A stretch of DNA of 64,000 bases from positions 45,135 to 109,134 of the forward strand of contig JBIJAV010000007.1 of the NCBI GenBank assembly GCA_044345595.1, read 5' to 3'. Below are positions 54,073-63,903 of the stretch, in pieces. The notes under the pieces are model-generated. The model was given only the letters and a program-made list of their open reading frames with translations. It made no database searches and was not told where the DNA came from. Numbering within the stretch: the stretch's first letter is position 1; each line of letters begins with the position of its first letter. The position numbers and the translations under genes were made by a program. Source of the stretch: Terrimicrobiaceae bacterium. Lineage in GTDB: Bacteria; Verrucomicrobiota; Verrucomicrobiia; Chthoniobacterales; Terrimicrobiaceae.

Positions 54073-54216
54073 AAAATTCTCTCCCGCACTCCGATGGCGC
54101 GCTTTGGCGATCCTGAAGACATCGGCTGGGCTGCAGTCTACCTCTGTTCGCCAGCGGCAAAATTCGTCACCGGAGTTATTCTCCCGATCGACGGCGGAGC
54201 CTCCATGGGCTTTTAG
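54073..54216 (+). pseudogene. 3' remnant of a short-chain dehydrogenase/reductase (SDR) gene
   Basis: [46 protein letters not shown] is a canonical SDR C-terminus. The Rossmann and catalytic parts are absent upstream. Confidence 0.6.
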
Positions 54217-54594
54217 GAACCTCAAAATAAATCCTTATGAAATAAATCACCCCAAAAAGTTTAACTTCTCGACGCCAGTTAATTTTATCCAGACCTGGTG
54301 AGCGGGCGTTTTTGATGTTAAAAACTTACCGTTTGCCAAAGTAATTTAATTGTTAAAAATAAAATCAATCCTGGCCTATGAATCTCTCTGTTCCTCAAAA
54401 AGCTCCGTTCACCGCCTTGGTAAATCGTGTGCAGTCCAAGTTGAGGCGTGATAGTGTGAATGGCACCTGTGTGGATGGCTGCCAGTGTGCCGTTGCCTTT
54501 TACGGATCTATTACCTGGAAAAACGATCTCGGGCGCTCAACGGGGTTGGCGTTTTTGTAGCCACCGACCTCGGCATGGGCTGATAGAAATACTC

Positions 54595-55641
54595 ATGACA
54601 ACGAACCCCATAAAAATCGGCGTGCTCGGCTTGCGATTTGGCCTTCAACAAATGCAGGAGGTGATGCATGGAGCAGACGAGCAGTTTGTCGAGATCCATG
54701 CCGTTTGCGACAATGTCCCGGAGCGACTCAAGGAGGGGTGCGAAGCGTTCGGGTGCGTTGGTTACGACGATCTCGACCGCATGCTCGCGGAGGCCGACAT
54801 CGAGGCGGTGGCCCTCTTCACCGGCCCGGCGGGCCGTGCCGCGTTGATCCGCCAAATCCTGCGTGCCGGCAAGCATGTCATGACCACCAAGCCCTTCGAG
54901 GTCGATCCGGAGGCTGGCCTTGCCGTGCTCAAGGAGGCCGCCGAGCTTGGTCTTGTGTTGCATCTGAATTCCCCGTCGGCGCTGCCGGGTGATGACATCC
55001 GCCGGATCCTCTCATGGCAGCGGGAGCACAATCTGGGCGACTTGATCTTTGCGAACATGGACGGCTGGTATCAGCGACGCGAGGAGGCGGATGGCTCTTG
55101 GTATGACGATCCGATTCTCTGCCCGGTGGCGCCCTGTTTCCGCCTTGGGATCTATTGCATCAACGACCTCATGGTGCTGGCCGGCACTCCGCTGGAAGTG
55201 CAGGTGCTCGAGTCGCGCAAGCTCACCGGCCGCCCGACCCCGGACATCGCCCAGCTTTCCATCCGCTTCGAGGGCGGTGCGATCGCCACGGTGCGCAACA
55301 GCTTTTGCCCGACGCCGACCCGAGGCGTCCATGGCTCCGAGCTTGTTTTCGAGCGCGGCGTAGTGGTGAGGAGCTACGATGGGGAGAATCATTTCACCGC
55401 TCCCAACATCACCCTCAAACTTGAGGCGGTCGCCGCCGACGGCACGCGCTTCGACCAAGAAGCTCTCATTCCAGCCAACCGCGCTAGCCATGCCTACCGA
55501 TGGGATGCCTTTCATCGTGCAGTGCGCGGCGGTTCAAGGGAAGGAGAGATCATGCCGGAAACGATCATCAACGGCATCCGCATCGTCACCGCCATGGCTC
55601 GCTCCCAGGTGAGTCGGAAAACGGAAAGCATTTGCCCTTAA
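54595..55641 (+). CDS. Gfo/Idh/MocA-family oxidoreductase
   Basis: IKIGVLGLRFG...AVCD...AVALFTGP...AGKHVMTTKP. Confidence 0.8.
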   Translation: MTTNPIKIGVLGLRFGLQQMQEVMHGADEQFVEIHAVCDNVPERLKEGCEAFGCVGYDDLDRMLAEADIEAVALFTGPAGRAALIRQILRAGKHVMTTKPFEVDPEAGLAVLKEAAELGLVLHLNSPSALPGDDIRRILSWQREHNLGDLIFANMDGWYQRREEADGSWYDDPILCPVAPCFRLGIYCINDLMVLAGTPLEVQVLESRKLTGRPTPDIAQLSIRFEGGAIATVRNSFCPTPTRGVHGSELVFERGVVVRSYDGENHFTAPNITLKLEAVAADGTRFDQEALIPANRASHAYRWDAFHRAVRGGSREGEIMPETIINGIRIVTAMARSQVSRKTESICP

Positions 55642-55680
55642 AAAACAGTGATCCTCAGATCGACGCAGATTTTTTCAAAA

Positions 55681-55696
55681 ATTCTGTAAATTCTGT
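55681..55696 (+). promoter_or_regulatory. ATTCTGTAAATTCTGT motif upstream of the second Gfo/Idh/MocA gene
   Basis: Same direct repeat as at 13668 and 15534. It ends 10 nt before the ATG at 55707. Confidence 0.35.
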
Positions 55697-55706
55697 CCAA
55701 TTTTTC

Positions 55707-56666
55707 ATGAAAAAACTCGGCATCGGACTCTACGGCACCAATGGCCACCAGATCGAAAAGCTCCTGGCTACTCATCCGCGTGTGCAACTCGTCGCTGTCG
55801 CGGCCTTCGGCGACCGGCCGATCCCCGCCGAATGCGGAGGTGTGCCCCGTTATGCCACACTCGAGGAACTCCTCGCCGACCCACGGGTGGAGATGGTCAG
55901 CCTCTGCTCGCCGCGCCGTGCGGACCAGGCGGCGGATGCCGTGAAATGCCTGTTGGCGGGCCGACATGTCTACGGCGAGAAGCCCTCGGCCCTCCGCGAG
56001 GAGGATCTCGATCTCATCATCAATACTGTGGATCGAACGGGTTTTCGTTACCACGAGATGGGCGGGGTTGCGCTTGAACAACCTTATCTCGCCATGCGCG
56101 ATTGCATCCGCTCTGGCGCCATCGGCGAGGTCGTGCAGGTTTTTATCCAAAAATCCTATCCATGGGCGGAATGGCGTCCCAAGGACGAGGCGATCGACGG
56201 TGGACTTGCCACACAGGTAGGCGTCTACCCGCTTCGATTCCTCGAGCAGGTAGCCGGTCTCAAAGCCACCTCGATTGAGATCCGCGAAACCCGGCTCGGC
56301 AACGATCATCCCGGCAGCAACTGCCGCCGCGCCGTCTCCATCCTCATGACACTCGAAAATGGCGGCGTTGCCAGCGCGATCTGCAATTACCTCAACCCCT
56401 CCGGTCACATCGCCTGGAGCTACGAAATCCTGCGCGTATTCGGCACCGCCGGTATTGTGGAGTCCAACCTCCTCGACGGCACGGCGCGTCTGCTCAAGCC
56501 CGGCGCCGCCCCCGAATCGCTCGATATCTCTGCGATCACTTCCTCGAACCTCGACCTAATCATCGACTCACTGCTCGACGCCGCGCCAATGCCGATGTCG
56601 TTGACCGATGAACTCAGCCCGACCCGTTGGGTTATTCGCGCGAAAGTTGAAATAAAAAACACATGA
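55707..56666 (+). CDS. Gfo/Idh/MocA-family oxidoreductase
   Basis: MKKLGIGLYGTNGHQI...VSLCSPRRADQA...AGRHVYGEKP. Confidence 0.8.
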   Translation: MKKLGIGLYGTNGHQIEKLLATHPRVQLVAVAAFGDRPIPAECGGVPRYATLEELLADPRVEMVSLCSPRRADQAADAVKCLLAGRHVYGEKPSALREEDLDLIINTVDRTGFRYHEMGGVALEQPYLAMRDCIRSGAIGEVVQVFIQKSYPWAEWRPKDEAIDGGLATQVGVYPLRFLEQVAGLKATSIEIRETRLGNDHPGSNCRRAVSILMTLENGGVASAICNYLNPSGHIAWSYEILRVFGTAGIVESNLLDGTARLLKPGAAPESLDISAITSSNLDLIIDSLLDAAPMPMSLTDELSPTRWVIRAKVEIKNT

Positions 56667-56820
56667 TGAGCCCAGTATCTTTTGCGGATAGCTCGGTCAG
56701 TGATCCGGTTTGAACGCGACACTCTGCCTTGGCGCCGTCACGGGGAAATCTTCGAGGTCGATCCGCCCAGAGCCAATGGGCTTCTTGAGTGGGTTTCAAA
56801 TCCTGCCGCGCGGGTTCTGT

Positions 56821-57100
56821 AGCGGCTGTCTATGACTGCCGAATCGGAGCCCCCCTCCGCCGCTCACAGAGACGCCGCCACAGCAATCGCGCTGCCGCGC
56901 GCAAGAGGGGAGCACAGCCGTCTCGGCTGTAAAAGACACTGGCGCCGCAACCTCATCGATCAGCAAACCACGCCTTGCGGCTCGTTCCCATCCCGCCGCG
57001 CGCCGTCACCTCATCGACGACCCGAACGCCTGAAAAATGGGTCATGCGAGAACGATGAAACCAGTGTCACGCCGTAGACGCGAAGCGTGTAGGCGGATCC
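56821..57100 (+). repeat. Mosaic intergenic repeat family, copy d
   Basis: CTGCCGAATCG, CAGAGACGCCG, CGCGCTGCCGCGCG, hairpin ACAGCCG-TCT-CGGCTGT (56914-56930), and core at 57028-57062. Confidence 0.65.
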
Positions 57101-57164
57101 CCCCAAAAAAATGATTCTGTCATCCATCATTCTGTCGAACCTCTGCGCCCCATGCGACTCTCGA

Positions 57165-57857
57165 TCACGAACGCCCAGTCGCAATAGAACGCATTCTCGC
57201 AAGAACAATTCGTGAACGCTCGCGAGAGACTGGATCGCCACGAAAACATCCTTCAACCGCCTCGACGAATTCAGGGTCTTCGAGATGTGCTTGCATGCCA
57301 CTTGCTATGAAATTTCGTAAAGTCGAGTAACCATTGCCCAAGAGAAACTCCGTTTCCCGGCAGCCATCGAACAGCGTGACGATGTCCTCCAAATCTTTGC
57401 TCATGTAAGGATCCTTGGCTCCACGATCCCGGTAAGCCGTCAATTTGGTGGCGAGGAAACAGGGACGCGTGATGACAGGCGCATACACTCCCTCACCCAA
57501 GTCCATTTTCGTGGCAGTCTTTACGGCCTCGTGAAACCACTCGCTGGCCATTCCCAAAACGGCAGCCTCCGTTGGCATGACATCCACGGTTACTCCATCC
57601 ACCAGCCATCGGCATATCGGCGCGCCTTCTCTCGTATCGTGGCGGAAGCCTAACGCCCGCAAGCGTTCTTCCAGTTCGTAAAGGGCAGAGAGTGTGACGA
57701 CCTGCACACTCAAATCGATATCGATCGTTGGCCTGATTTCCTGCACAGCGGGGTTATCAACCAAAAGCGGAAGAACGGATGCCCCAAGAAAGGCATATGG
57801 AATATCCAGCCCGTTGAAATATCGGGCCACCACATGAAGGGAATCGATTGTATTCAT
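57165..57857 (-). CDS. Nucleotidyltransferase-fold protein, distantly AbiEii-like (putative toxin)
   Basis: FLGASVLPLL...RPTIDIDLSV gives the G[SG]...DxD NTase signature, and KLTAYRDRGAKDPYMSKDLEDIVTLF resembles AbiEii motif III. The ATG overlaps the upstream stop (ATGA). Confidence 0.45.
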   Translation of the reverse strand: MNTIDSLHVVARYFNGLDIPYAFLGASVLPLLVDNPAVQEIRPTIDIDLSVQVVTLSALYELEERLRALGFRHDTREGAPICRWLVDGVTVDVMPTEAAVLGMASEWFHEAVKTATKMDLGEGVYAPVITRPCFLATKLTAYRDRGAKDPYMSKDLEDIVTLFDGCRETEFLLGNGYSTLRNFIASGMQAHLEDPEFVEAVEGCFRGDPVSRERSRIVLARMRSIATGRS

Positions 57858-58375
57858 GTTCGGTGGATTCTTTTCAGCAGCTCCTCCCCGGCGATTTGGC
57901 GCTCGCGGGTGCGGCCTTCCCGCAAAGCATCGATCAAAGCAAGAACCTCGTAGAGGCGGCCATCGCGGCGAGCGGCATTCGGCGCCGAAGGATGCAGTGG
58001 CTCCACTCCATATCCGAGGCTCTCTCCCGAGGCATCCGGCCACACCGGGGTGTTTTCCTTTCCGAAGGCAATCAATTCAGCCAAAGGCGGTGCCGCGTAG
58101 GATGTCGGCATGCCACGGGTCAGTCCTCCCATGCCCGCCGGAAAAACATAGCGTAGCCCGTGAATCAAGAACTCCTGAACCGCGCCCTGTCGAATCCTCC
58201 GATCCTTTGGGTCAACCAAGCCGGCCTTTCCGAGCCTCTGCACGGCTGCGTGCAATTCGGAAGCGCTCATCTCGAGTTCTCCCGCCACGACCGCATACGG
58301 TCGGAGGCCCTCCTCCAAGGTCAACTTCGCTAAAGCATAAATATCCAAAGACCGAGCTATCATTTTTACATGCAT
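57854..58375 (-). CDS. Winged-helix (MarR-like) protein, putative antitoxin/regulator
   Basis: YAVVAGELEMSASELHAAVQRLGKAGLVDPKDRRI is wHTH-like. It lies upstream of, and is translationally coupled to, the NTase gene. Confidence 0.45.
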   Translation of the reverse strand: MHVKMIARSLDIYALAKLTLEEGLRPYAVVAGELEMSASELHAAVQRLGKAGLVDPKDRRIRQGAVQEFLIHGLRYVFPAGMGGLTRGMPTSYAAPPLAELIAFGKENTPVWPDASGESLGYGVEPLHPSAPNAARRDGRLYEVLALIDALREGRTRERQIAGEELLKRIHRT

Positions 58376-58377
58376 AC

Positions 58378-58393
58378 GCTATTCGCGAATAGC
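58378..58393. promoter_or_regulatory. Perfect 16-bp palindrome immediately upstream of the wHTH gene
   Basis: GCTATTCGCGAATAGC lies 3 nt from the first ATG (58375) and 15 nt from the second (58363). Confidence 0.4.
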
Positions 58394-58439
58394 AAACAGG
58401 CAACGCCTAATTGAATTCTCTGTTGCGCAGATCAAAATT

Positions 58440-58720
58440 TGATGATTTGGCCCATGGATAGGCATGGATGATTCTGGATGTCTCCACACTCGGCCTTGCG
58501 CCTGCGCAGCCAAGATTGCTCCCCCTGAGACGCCGCTACGCAGCGGAAGTTTGCGATGCTAAGGGCTTGGCGGTCATACCCAGGGAATACGAGAACGCCG
58601 CCCCCCGCGCCGCCCTCACGCCGCTTCTCTCCGACCTGTAGGGCGGCTGAAAAATGGCTCATGCGAGGACGATGAACCCTCCCAGAATTACGACCCGCGC
58701 TGCCGCGCGCAAAAGCTTGG
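58440..58720 (+). repeat. Mosaic intergenic repeat family, copy e
   Basis: Core at 58643-58684, followed by CGCGCTGCCGCGCG. A half-unit GCAGCGGAAGTTTGCGA at 58540-58556 is like 578-594. Some blocks are inverted (TTGGCCCATGG, GCTCCCCCT). Confidence 0.6.
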
Positions 58721-59026
58721 AAGGTCAATTTTTGCCTTGCTCGCGCCCATGCTCGCCGCGCCCTTCGGGCCATCTGCGATGTGCTTCCTCCGCCCCGCCC
58801 GGGGCTTCGGTTGGCTTGATCCAAGGCTGAACCGCTACGCCCCCACTACCACAAGGCCAATGGCGACACCGGCTTCACCGTCCGCGGAAAGCCCGCCGAG
58901 GCGGTGCTCACCAAGTGGTGTCGGCAAAAGCTCTCCTGATCCATCACAACAGGCACCTTCGCCCTCTCTCAGCTAAACCAAAGGCGACAATATGCGGGAC
59001 CCTTTTTCTGGGAGGCGGCTTTTGGC

Positions 59027-60067
59027 TTACGCCGGGTGGCGTTGTGCCAGCGGAAGTGAAGCGCCCTCCCGGAACTCGCCGGGGACTCGGACCGAGAGTT
59101 CGGCAAGTCCTTCCAATTGCCCTTGCTGAATCGTCGACGCGAGAATGTGAAGCGCGGTGCGCCCGACTTTTTCGCAGCACTCGTCCATGCCTGCAATTCC
59201 CAGTTTGCTTTGCTCGGGAGAAAGGCTGTAGCTCGCCAGGGCAATGCCTGAACGGGGTTTCGAGCGGAGCAGTTTCTGCGGAAGATCCGGGTGAAAAGTT
59301 GCGCCGACGAGCAGGCAGTCGCATCTTAGTCCTGCGGCCTCAGCCAGGAGATCACCCGGACTTTGGCGGTCGTGCATGATAATGGGAAGTTCGACGCTGC
59401 AGGCGGCTTCCCTCTGCGCTGCGAGAAATCCGCCACTCACGCGCAACGAGGTGCGCTTGTTCATATCGGGCGTCATTAGGAGCCCGATGCGCCGATATCC
59501 TTTCTCGCAGGCGATGCGGTAAAGCTTAAGGACATTGCCGAAGTAGTCGCAAGCCACCCGTGGAATACCAGTGCCGTTCCATGTAAAGCCAATGGCCACT
59601 TTTGGAATTGGCAAGGTGGAGAAATCGACACTGCCATGCCCCTCCTCAAAAGGAAAAATCACCGCGCCATCGAAACCCATTGCCCAAATCTGACGATCGC
59701 GCGCTTGCCGCTCCTGCTCTGTAGAGGGACGCTGGAATTCCTGAAAATGATAGCCCATGGCGATAGCCTGATCGTGCGCGCCTTGAAAAAAAGCGCGCAG
59801 CGGAGGGTGGGTCTCGTGATCCAAGGCGTGGCGGAAGTGATTAAGGAAGGCCAGCCTGAGATAGTGGCGCTTCCCGGGGTGGAGGGAGATCTCGCTCATC
59901 AACTTCGACATCGCCGGATTGAGCGAATAGCCCAGACATCGAGCTGCCTCAATGATCTTCTCCCTGGTTGCGATCTTCACCAGTGGGCTGCTTCTGAGCG
60001 CGAGGCTTACTGTGTTTTTAGAAACACCAGCGGCTTCGGCGACCTGCTTCATGCTCACGCGGTTCAT
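59027..60067 (-). CDS. LacI-family transcriptional regulator
   Basis: MKQVAEAAGVSKNTVSLALRSSPLVKIATREKIIEAARCLGY. Confidence 0.85.
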   Translation of the reverse strand: MNRVSMKQVAEAAGVSKNTVSLALRSSPLVKIATREKIIEAARCLGYSLNPAMSKLMSEISLHPGKRHYLRLAFLNHFRHALDHETHPPLRAFFQGAHDQAIAMGYHFQEFQRPSTEQERQARDRQIWAMGFDGAVIFPFEEGHGSVDFSTLPIPKVAIGFTWNGTGIPRVACDYFGNVLKLYRIACEKGYRRIGLLMTPDMNKRTSLRVSGGFLAAQREAACSVELPIIMHDRQSPGDLLAEAAGLRCDCLLVGATFHPDLPQKLLRSKPRSGIALASYSLSPEQSKLGIAGMDECCEKVGRTALHILASTIQQGQLEGLAELSVRVPGEFREGASLPLAQRHPA

Positions 60068-60127
60068 TAAATATGACTGTAATACCGAATAGTCCTTTGC
60101 GGCAACTTCCAATCAAGTTACTTAAGC

Positions 60128-62017
60128 TTGCCAATGAAACTCAGCATTCTTTCCCCGATATTGGTAGCTGTCGCCCTTACCTCTTTCTCCAATGCCGAAC
60201 AGCCAAAAGATTCCGTGAGCGGTCTCCACCGCACCCTTGGTGCCTATGGAGGGTATTCGCTTTCCAAACCCAAACTCGACCGTATTGAGGAGATCTATTT
60301 GAAGCCCATGCAGGCGGCTTCTTTCAATACGCTCGATCTCAAACTGCAACCGACCAATCTCGACCTCGCCGGATTTCCTGAACGCAAGCAGGCGCTCGAA
60401 GACCTTGTGGGTCGGGTCCGGGCTCATGGTCTCGATCTTGGCCTTTATCTCTATCCCCACCCCCACGACGCCTCTCGCGATCCAGTCGCTTCGCAGGCAC
60501 CTGCCTGGATTGGACCGGATGGAGCAGAGAATCCGAAACTCTACAGCCTCGCCCATTGGCAGGCATGGCAGGAACTTTTTTCAAATCTTTTGGAACTGGC
60601 GGAAGCCACCAGCACAATGCCTGTCTCTGCCCTCAAGATCGACCTCGAAACGATGTCGAACAGCGCCATCTCCTTCGATGACCAAACATGGAAGAAATTT
60701 GCGACGGAGCACCGACTGGATGTGGCCGCGACCCGCGAGTCCAGACGAAAAATTCTCGAAGATGTCGGCAAGGCCGCGGATTACGACGCGGCCTTCAAAG
60801 CAGCCATCCAAGCGAATCTTCGTCGCCTCGCGGATGAGGTGTTGAAGCGCAATCCGAAAGTCCAATTGGGATTTATGCCCGCACATCCCGGTAACTTTAT
60901 ATACGAGGCGGCCATGACCAACTTCACACGGCCCGATGGAAGCTTCATCGCTGATGACTGGAGCCTCTATAACGGGAACGGCATGAATAAAAGCGTCGAG
61001 GAGGCACACGCAAAAATCCTTAAGATCAATCCGAAGGCCACATTCATTCCGTGGTTTCGTATCAACAACTATGCTCCGGGAGTTTTCGAAAGCCATGCCT
61101 ACCACGCGGCCCTGACATACGGAGGATACAATCTTTGGACCTTGCTAATGCTCGATCCTGATCAGAAACAAGTCGACCTTGCGCTGCCGGCCAATGCCAA
61201 ACCGGCGGACTACTGGAAATCGTTGGGACAGGCCAATTCTCTGGTGCGAGCTCGCCTGGCCGCCGGTCACTCCACCCCCGACGCCGAGCAGGTTCCACTC
61301 ACAAAAATCGAGCCACTTGTTGCACAACTCGACTTGAATAAAGTGCAGTTTCCCGACCTGCCGCCGACTACCGCCGCACGACCCAGTGGCTCACACCCTC
61401 TCTTGCTTCGAGAGCAGTCCGTCATTTTTTTCCACTCGCGCGCAGGTGAGACTACGGAGATAAAAATCCGCCATGTCGCAGGAAATAGACAACCGATCGG
61501 GCTTCGCTACAACATCCTGGATAGGGCAAAGCGGGTTCTGCGAGACGAGGCCACCTCTCCTGGCGCAGAGGAAACGATTCGCTTCGTCGCTCCCGAAACA
61601 GGCATTTATGCGCTGGCAACGGCAGGTGGCGATGCCGGACCTTGGTATTCGATAAGGATCAAGGATCAGCATCACGCGCTGGATACCCGCAACACAGCGT
61701 ATTTCTTCGTTGAGAAGACGACGCCTGCGAAATTTTTTGCATGGTCCCCGCGCGGTCGCTCAGGGACACAACTTCGCACCGGAAGAACCCAGCAGGTCTC
61801 GGTCTCGTTCGGGGCGGGAATTCAAACTCAGATGTTGGTGGAAGGTCATAAATTGCCACTGCCCGCCGACGGCGAGGAACCATTCCTTCCCATATCGCTC
61901 GGCTTCCCCGAAAAACGCCCCGAGGGACTCTACACCCAGGATGTCTTCGTTAAGTCGACCGCTGAGAAGCCAACTTTTTTAATTCCAGCAAAAGACTTTC
62001 TGCCATGGCAGCAGTGA
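60128..62017 (+). CDS. Secreted hypothetical protein (possibly a glycoside-hydrolase-like TIM barrel plus beta-sandwich)
   Basis: Signal peptide MKLSILSPILVAVALTSFSNA. No catalytic family recognised. Confidence 0.55.
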   Translation: MPMKLSILSPILVAVALTSFSNAEQPKDSVSGLHRTLGAYGGYSLSKPKLDRIEEIYLKPMQAASFNTLDLKLQPTNLDLAGFPERKQALEDLVGRVRAHGLDLGLYLYPHPHDASRDPVASQAPAWIGPDGAENPKLYSLAHWQAWQELFSNLLELAEATSTMPVSALKIDLETMSNSAISFDDQTWKKFATEHRLDVAATRESRRKILEDVGKAADYDAAFKAAIQANLRRLADEVLKRNPKVQLGFMPAHPGNFIYEAAMTNFTRPDGSFIADDWSLYNGNGMNKSVEEAHAKILKINPKATFIPWFRINNYAPGVFESHAYHAALTYGGYNLWTLLMLDPDQKQVDLALPANAKPADYWKSLGQANSLVRARLAAGHSTPDAEQVPLTKIEPLVAQLDLNKVQFPDLPPTTAARPSGSHPLLLREQSVIFFHSRAGETTEIKIRHVAGNRQPIGLRYNILDRAKRVLRDEATSPGAEETIRFVAPETGIYALATAGGDAGPWYSIRIKDQHHALDTRNTAYFFVEKTTPAKFFAWSPRGRSGTQLRTGRTQQVSVSFGAGIQTQMLVEGHKLPLPADGEEPFLPISLGFPEKRPEGLYTQDVFVKSTAEKPTFLIPAKDFLPWQQ

Positions 62018-63198
62018 CTGTTCTACCCCCGGAATTGGAGTGCCATGAAGCTGAGATCGCTTCTCTCGTGGCTTGGTGCTGTCGAAGCGTGGACAGCGCG
62101 CCCGCTGGCACGCCCGGCTACCGCGACCTCTACTACGATGAGACGCTGTCCAGACACACATGGCGCTACCCATGGTCGAACTCTGCAGAACGGATCGAAG
62201 TGCTCCTCTGGGCCTCCACGGCTCTCGGTGACAGCCGTGCAGAGCAATGTGCCTATCGCTATGCGGAGGCCATGCTGGCAGGAGGCGAACGAGGTATCCT
62301 GCTTGATGAGGGGCATCCTGCCGATGGGATGGTCGCCTATTGGAACGAGGTCGATGCCTACATGACCAATTATACGATGCGAGTGCCTTCCGCATTTCTT
62401 GCCGCAGCAAACCACTTCGCAGAAAGTCGTTTCGAGGCTGTCGCATTGCGGTCAGCCCACGCCCTGCTGAGATTCCAGAACGACGATGGCATTCTCAAAT
62501 GCGGATACAGCGCATCCGCGCATCCCTCAGTGACTCCGGACTCCATCAATAGCCGGTGCTTCTATGCGGCGTATGCTTTTGCCACGATGCTCAAACACGA
62601 TGGTGCCCCCATCTGGATGGAGGCTCTGGAAAAGTTGATCTCTGCGATGGAAAGCCAACAGCGCGGGGACGGATCCTTCCCAGATCAGATTCCATGCGCG
62701 CGCAAGACAAATAGCGGCGCGCACAAAGGTCACTTCCATGCCTACATCCTCTACGGGTTGGCGCGGGCCATCATCATCTTGCCCGATTGCAATCCCCTAC
62801 GCGAAGCGGCCCGGAACTTGGCCCGCTTCTGCATGGAACAAATCGCCCAATACGGAAGCCATGTCTATGGCTCGCATACATCGGAATCGGTTGGAGAGGC
62901 GCCTGTTTGGAGGTCTGCAGTGCCGGATCTGGCGGCCGGATTAGCCTGGTTGGCCGTCGCCGACAACTGCTCCGAATGCGCCGAAGCAGCCCAAAGCCTT
63001 CTCGACACTGCTCTTCAGGAACAAGCTCGCAACTCCGAAAACCCGGAAGCCTTCGGTGCTATACCCCTCTACCCGAATCTGTCCACTGGCCAGGCACATC
63101 CAGAATTCGGAGGATTCTACTCCTTCTGGTCTCTCCTTGCCGTCATAGGCCTGCAGCAGTATGAAGCAACTTCCATTGCAGCCACACCTAGAACATAA
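62005..63198 (+). CDS. Hypothetical protein, alpha/alpha-toroid-like
   Basis: Repeated QNDDG / QQRGDGSF motifs are reminiscent of prenyltransferase, terpene cyclase or six-hairpin glycosidase repeats. It overlaps the upstream gene by 13 nt. Confidence 0.45.
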   Translation: MAAVTVLPPELECHEAEIASLVAWCCRSVDSAPAGTPGYRDLYYDETLSRHTWRYPWSNSAERIEVLLWASTALGDSRAEQCAYRYAEAMLAGGERGILLDEGHPADGMVAYWNEVDAYMTNYTMRVPSAFLAAANHFAESRFEAVALRSAHALLRFQNDDGILKCGYSASAHPSVTPDSINSRCFYAAYAFATMLKHDGAPIWMEALEKLISAMESQQRGDGSFPDQIPCARKTNSGAHKGHFHAYILYGLARAIIILPDCNPLREAARNLARFCMEQIAQYGSHVYGSHTSESVGEAPVWRSAVPDLAAGLAWLAVADNCSECAEAAQSLLDTALQEQARNSENPEAFGAIPLYPNLSTGQAHPEFGGFYSFWSLLAVIGLQQYEATSIAATPRT

Positions 63199-63224
63199 AA
63201 CCAAAACCCCATACCCATACCATC

Positions 63225-63902
63225 ATGAACAACATCATCACCGCCCTCTCATTGACCCTATTATCCGCTCTTCCTGTTTATTCACAGCTGGATACTCTCG
63301 GCCCGTCGCCGCTGCCAGTTATGAGTGGTGATCGAGAGATTAGAATTCCTGCAGATACCAAGTCTTATGAGATTTCCTTTGACGACGAAAAAGTGGCGTT
63401 TGAGTCGATCCATGCAATTCTCGGACACTTTTCAGAATCCAACCCTAAACACGCAGATGTGGGTTACTACCCAGACGCAAAGGGGAATCCCTGTGGCAAA
63501 GATGCGGCTCCCTGCTGGGTCGTTGGTTCGCAAAACAATCATTATGTCGGCATTGCCGTCTGGAAGGTGGTTCTTCCGGATTCTTCTCCACTCCGTGGGG
63601 GCGTGGCCGAGTTCGATGTGACCTTCGTGGGGCGCCCACAAGCGCAAAAGAATAAACTATTTGTCGCGGTTACCGACTCTTACTCGCCAAACGCCAAGAA
63701 TACAAACCTAAGTATCTTTCCGCCCGAGGGATCCATGAGAACAATTGCGGATACATCGGATGCACACGGTAATTATCGGGAGACGATCAGTGTTCCTCTT
63801 CCGCAGGGAGCAACTGAGATATTTTTGATCGTTGCTGATGCGGGCAGCTCGGCCCGGATGGGTGTTAGCAGGATCACCTTAAAAGCGCCTGCAGATAAGT
63901 AA
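63225..63902 (+). CDS. Secreted hypothetical protein
   Basis: Signal peptide MNNIITALSLTLLSALPVYSQ. No family recognised. Confidence 0.5.
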   Translation: MNNIITALSLTLLSALPVYSQLDTLGPSPLPVMSGDREIRIPADTKSYEISFDDEKVAFESIHAILGHFSESNPKHADVGYYPDAKGNPCGKDAAPCWVVGSQNNHYVGIAVWKVVLPDSSPLRGGVAEFDVTFVGRPQAQKNKLFVAVTDSYSPNAKNTNLSIFPPEGSMRTIADTSDAHGNYRETISVPLPQGATEIFLIVADAGSSARMGVSRITLKAPADK

Positions 63903-63903
63903 G

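Noticed and set aside
58432-59379. ORFs of 130, 154, 126 and 91 aa in the 58.4-59.0 kb gap. A short frame reading ...YHKANGDTGFTVRGKPAEAVLTKW looks protein-like.
   Set aside because: The ORFs are built largely from repeat copy e or overlap the LacI gene in other frames. The protein-like stretch is only about 35 codons between stops. It may be a gene relic, but I cannot support it.
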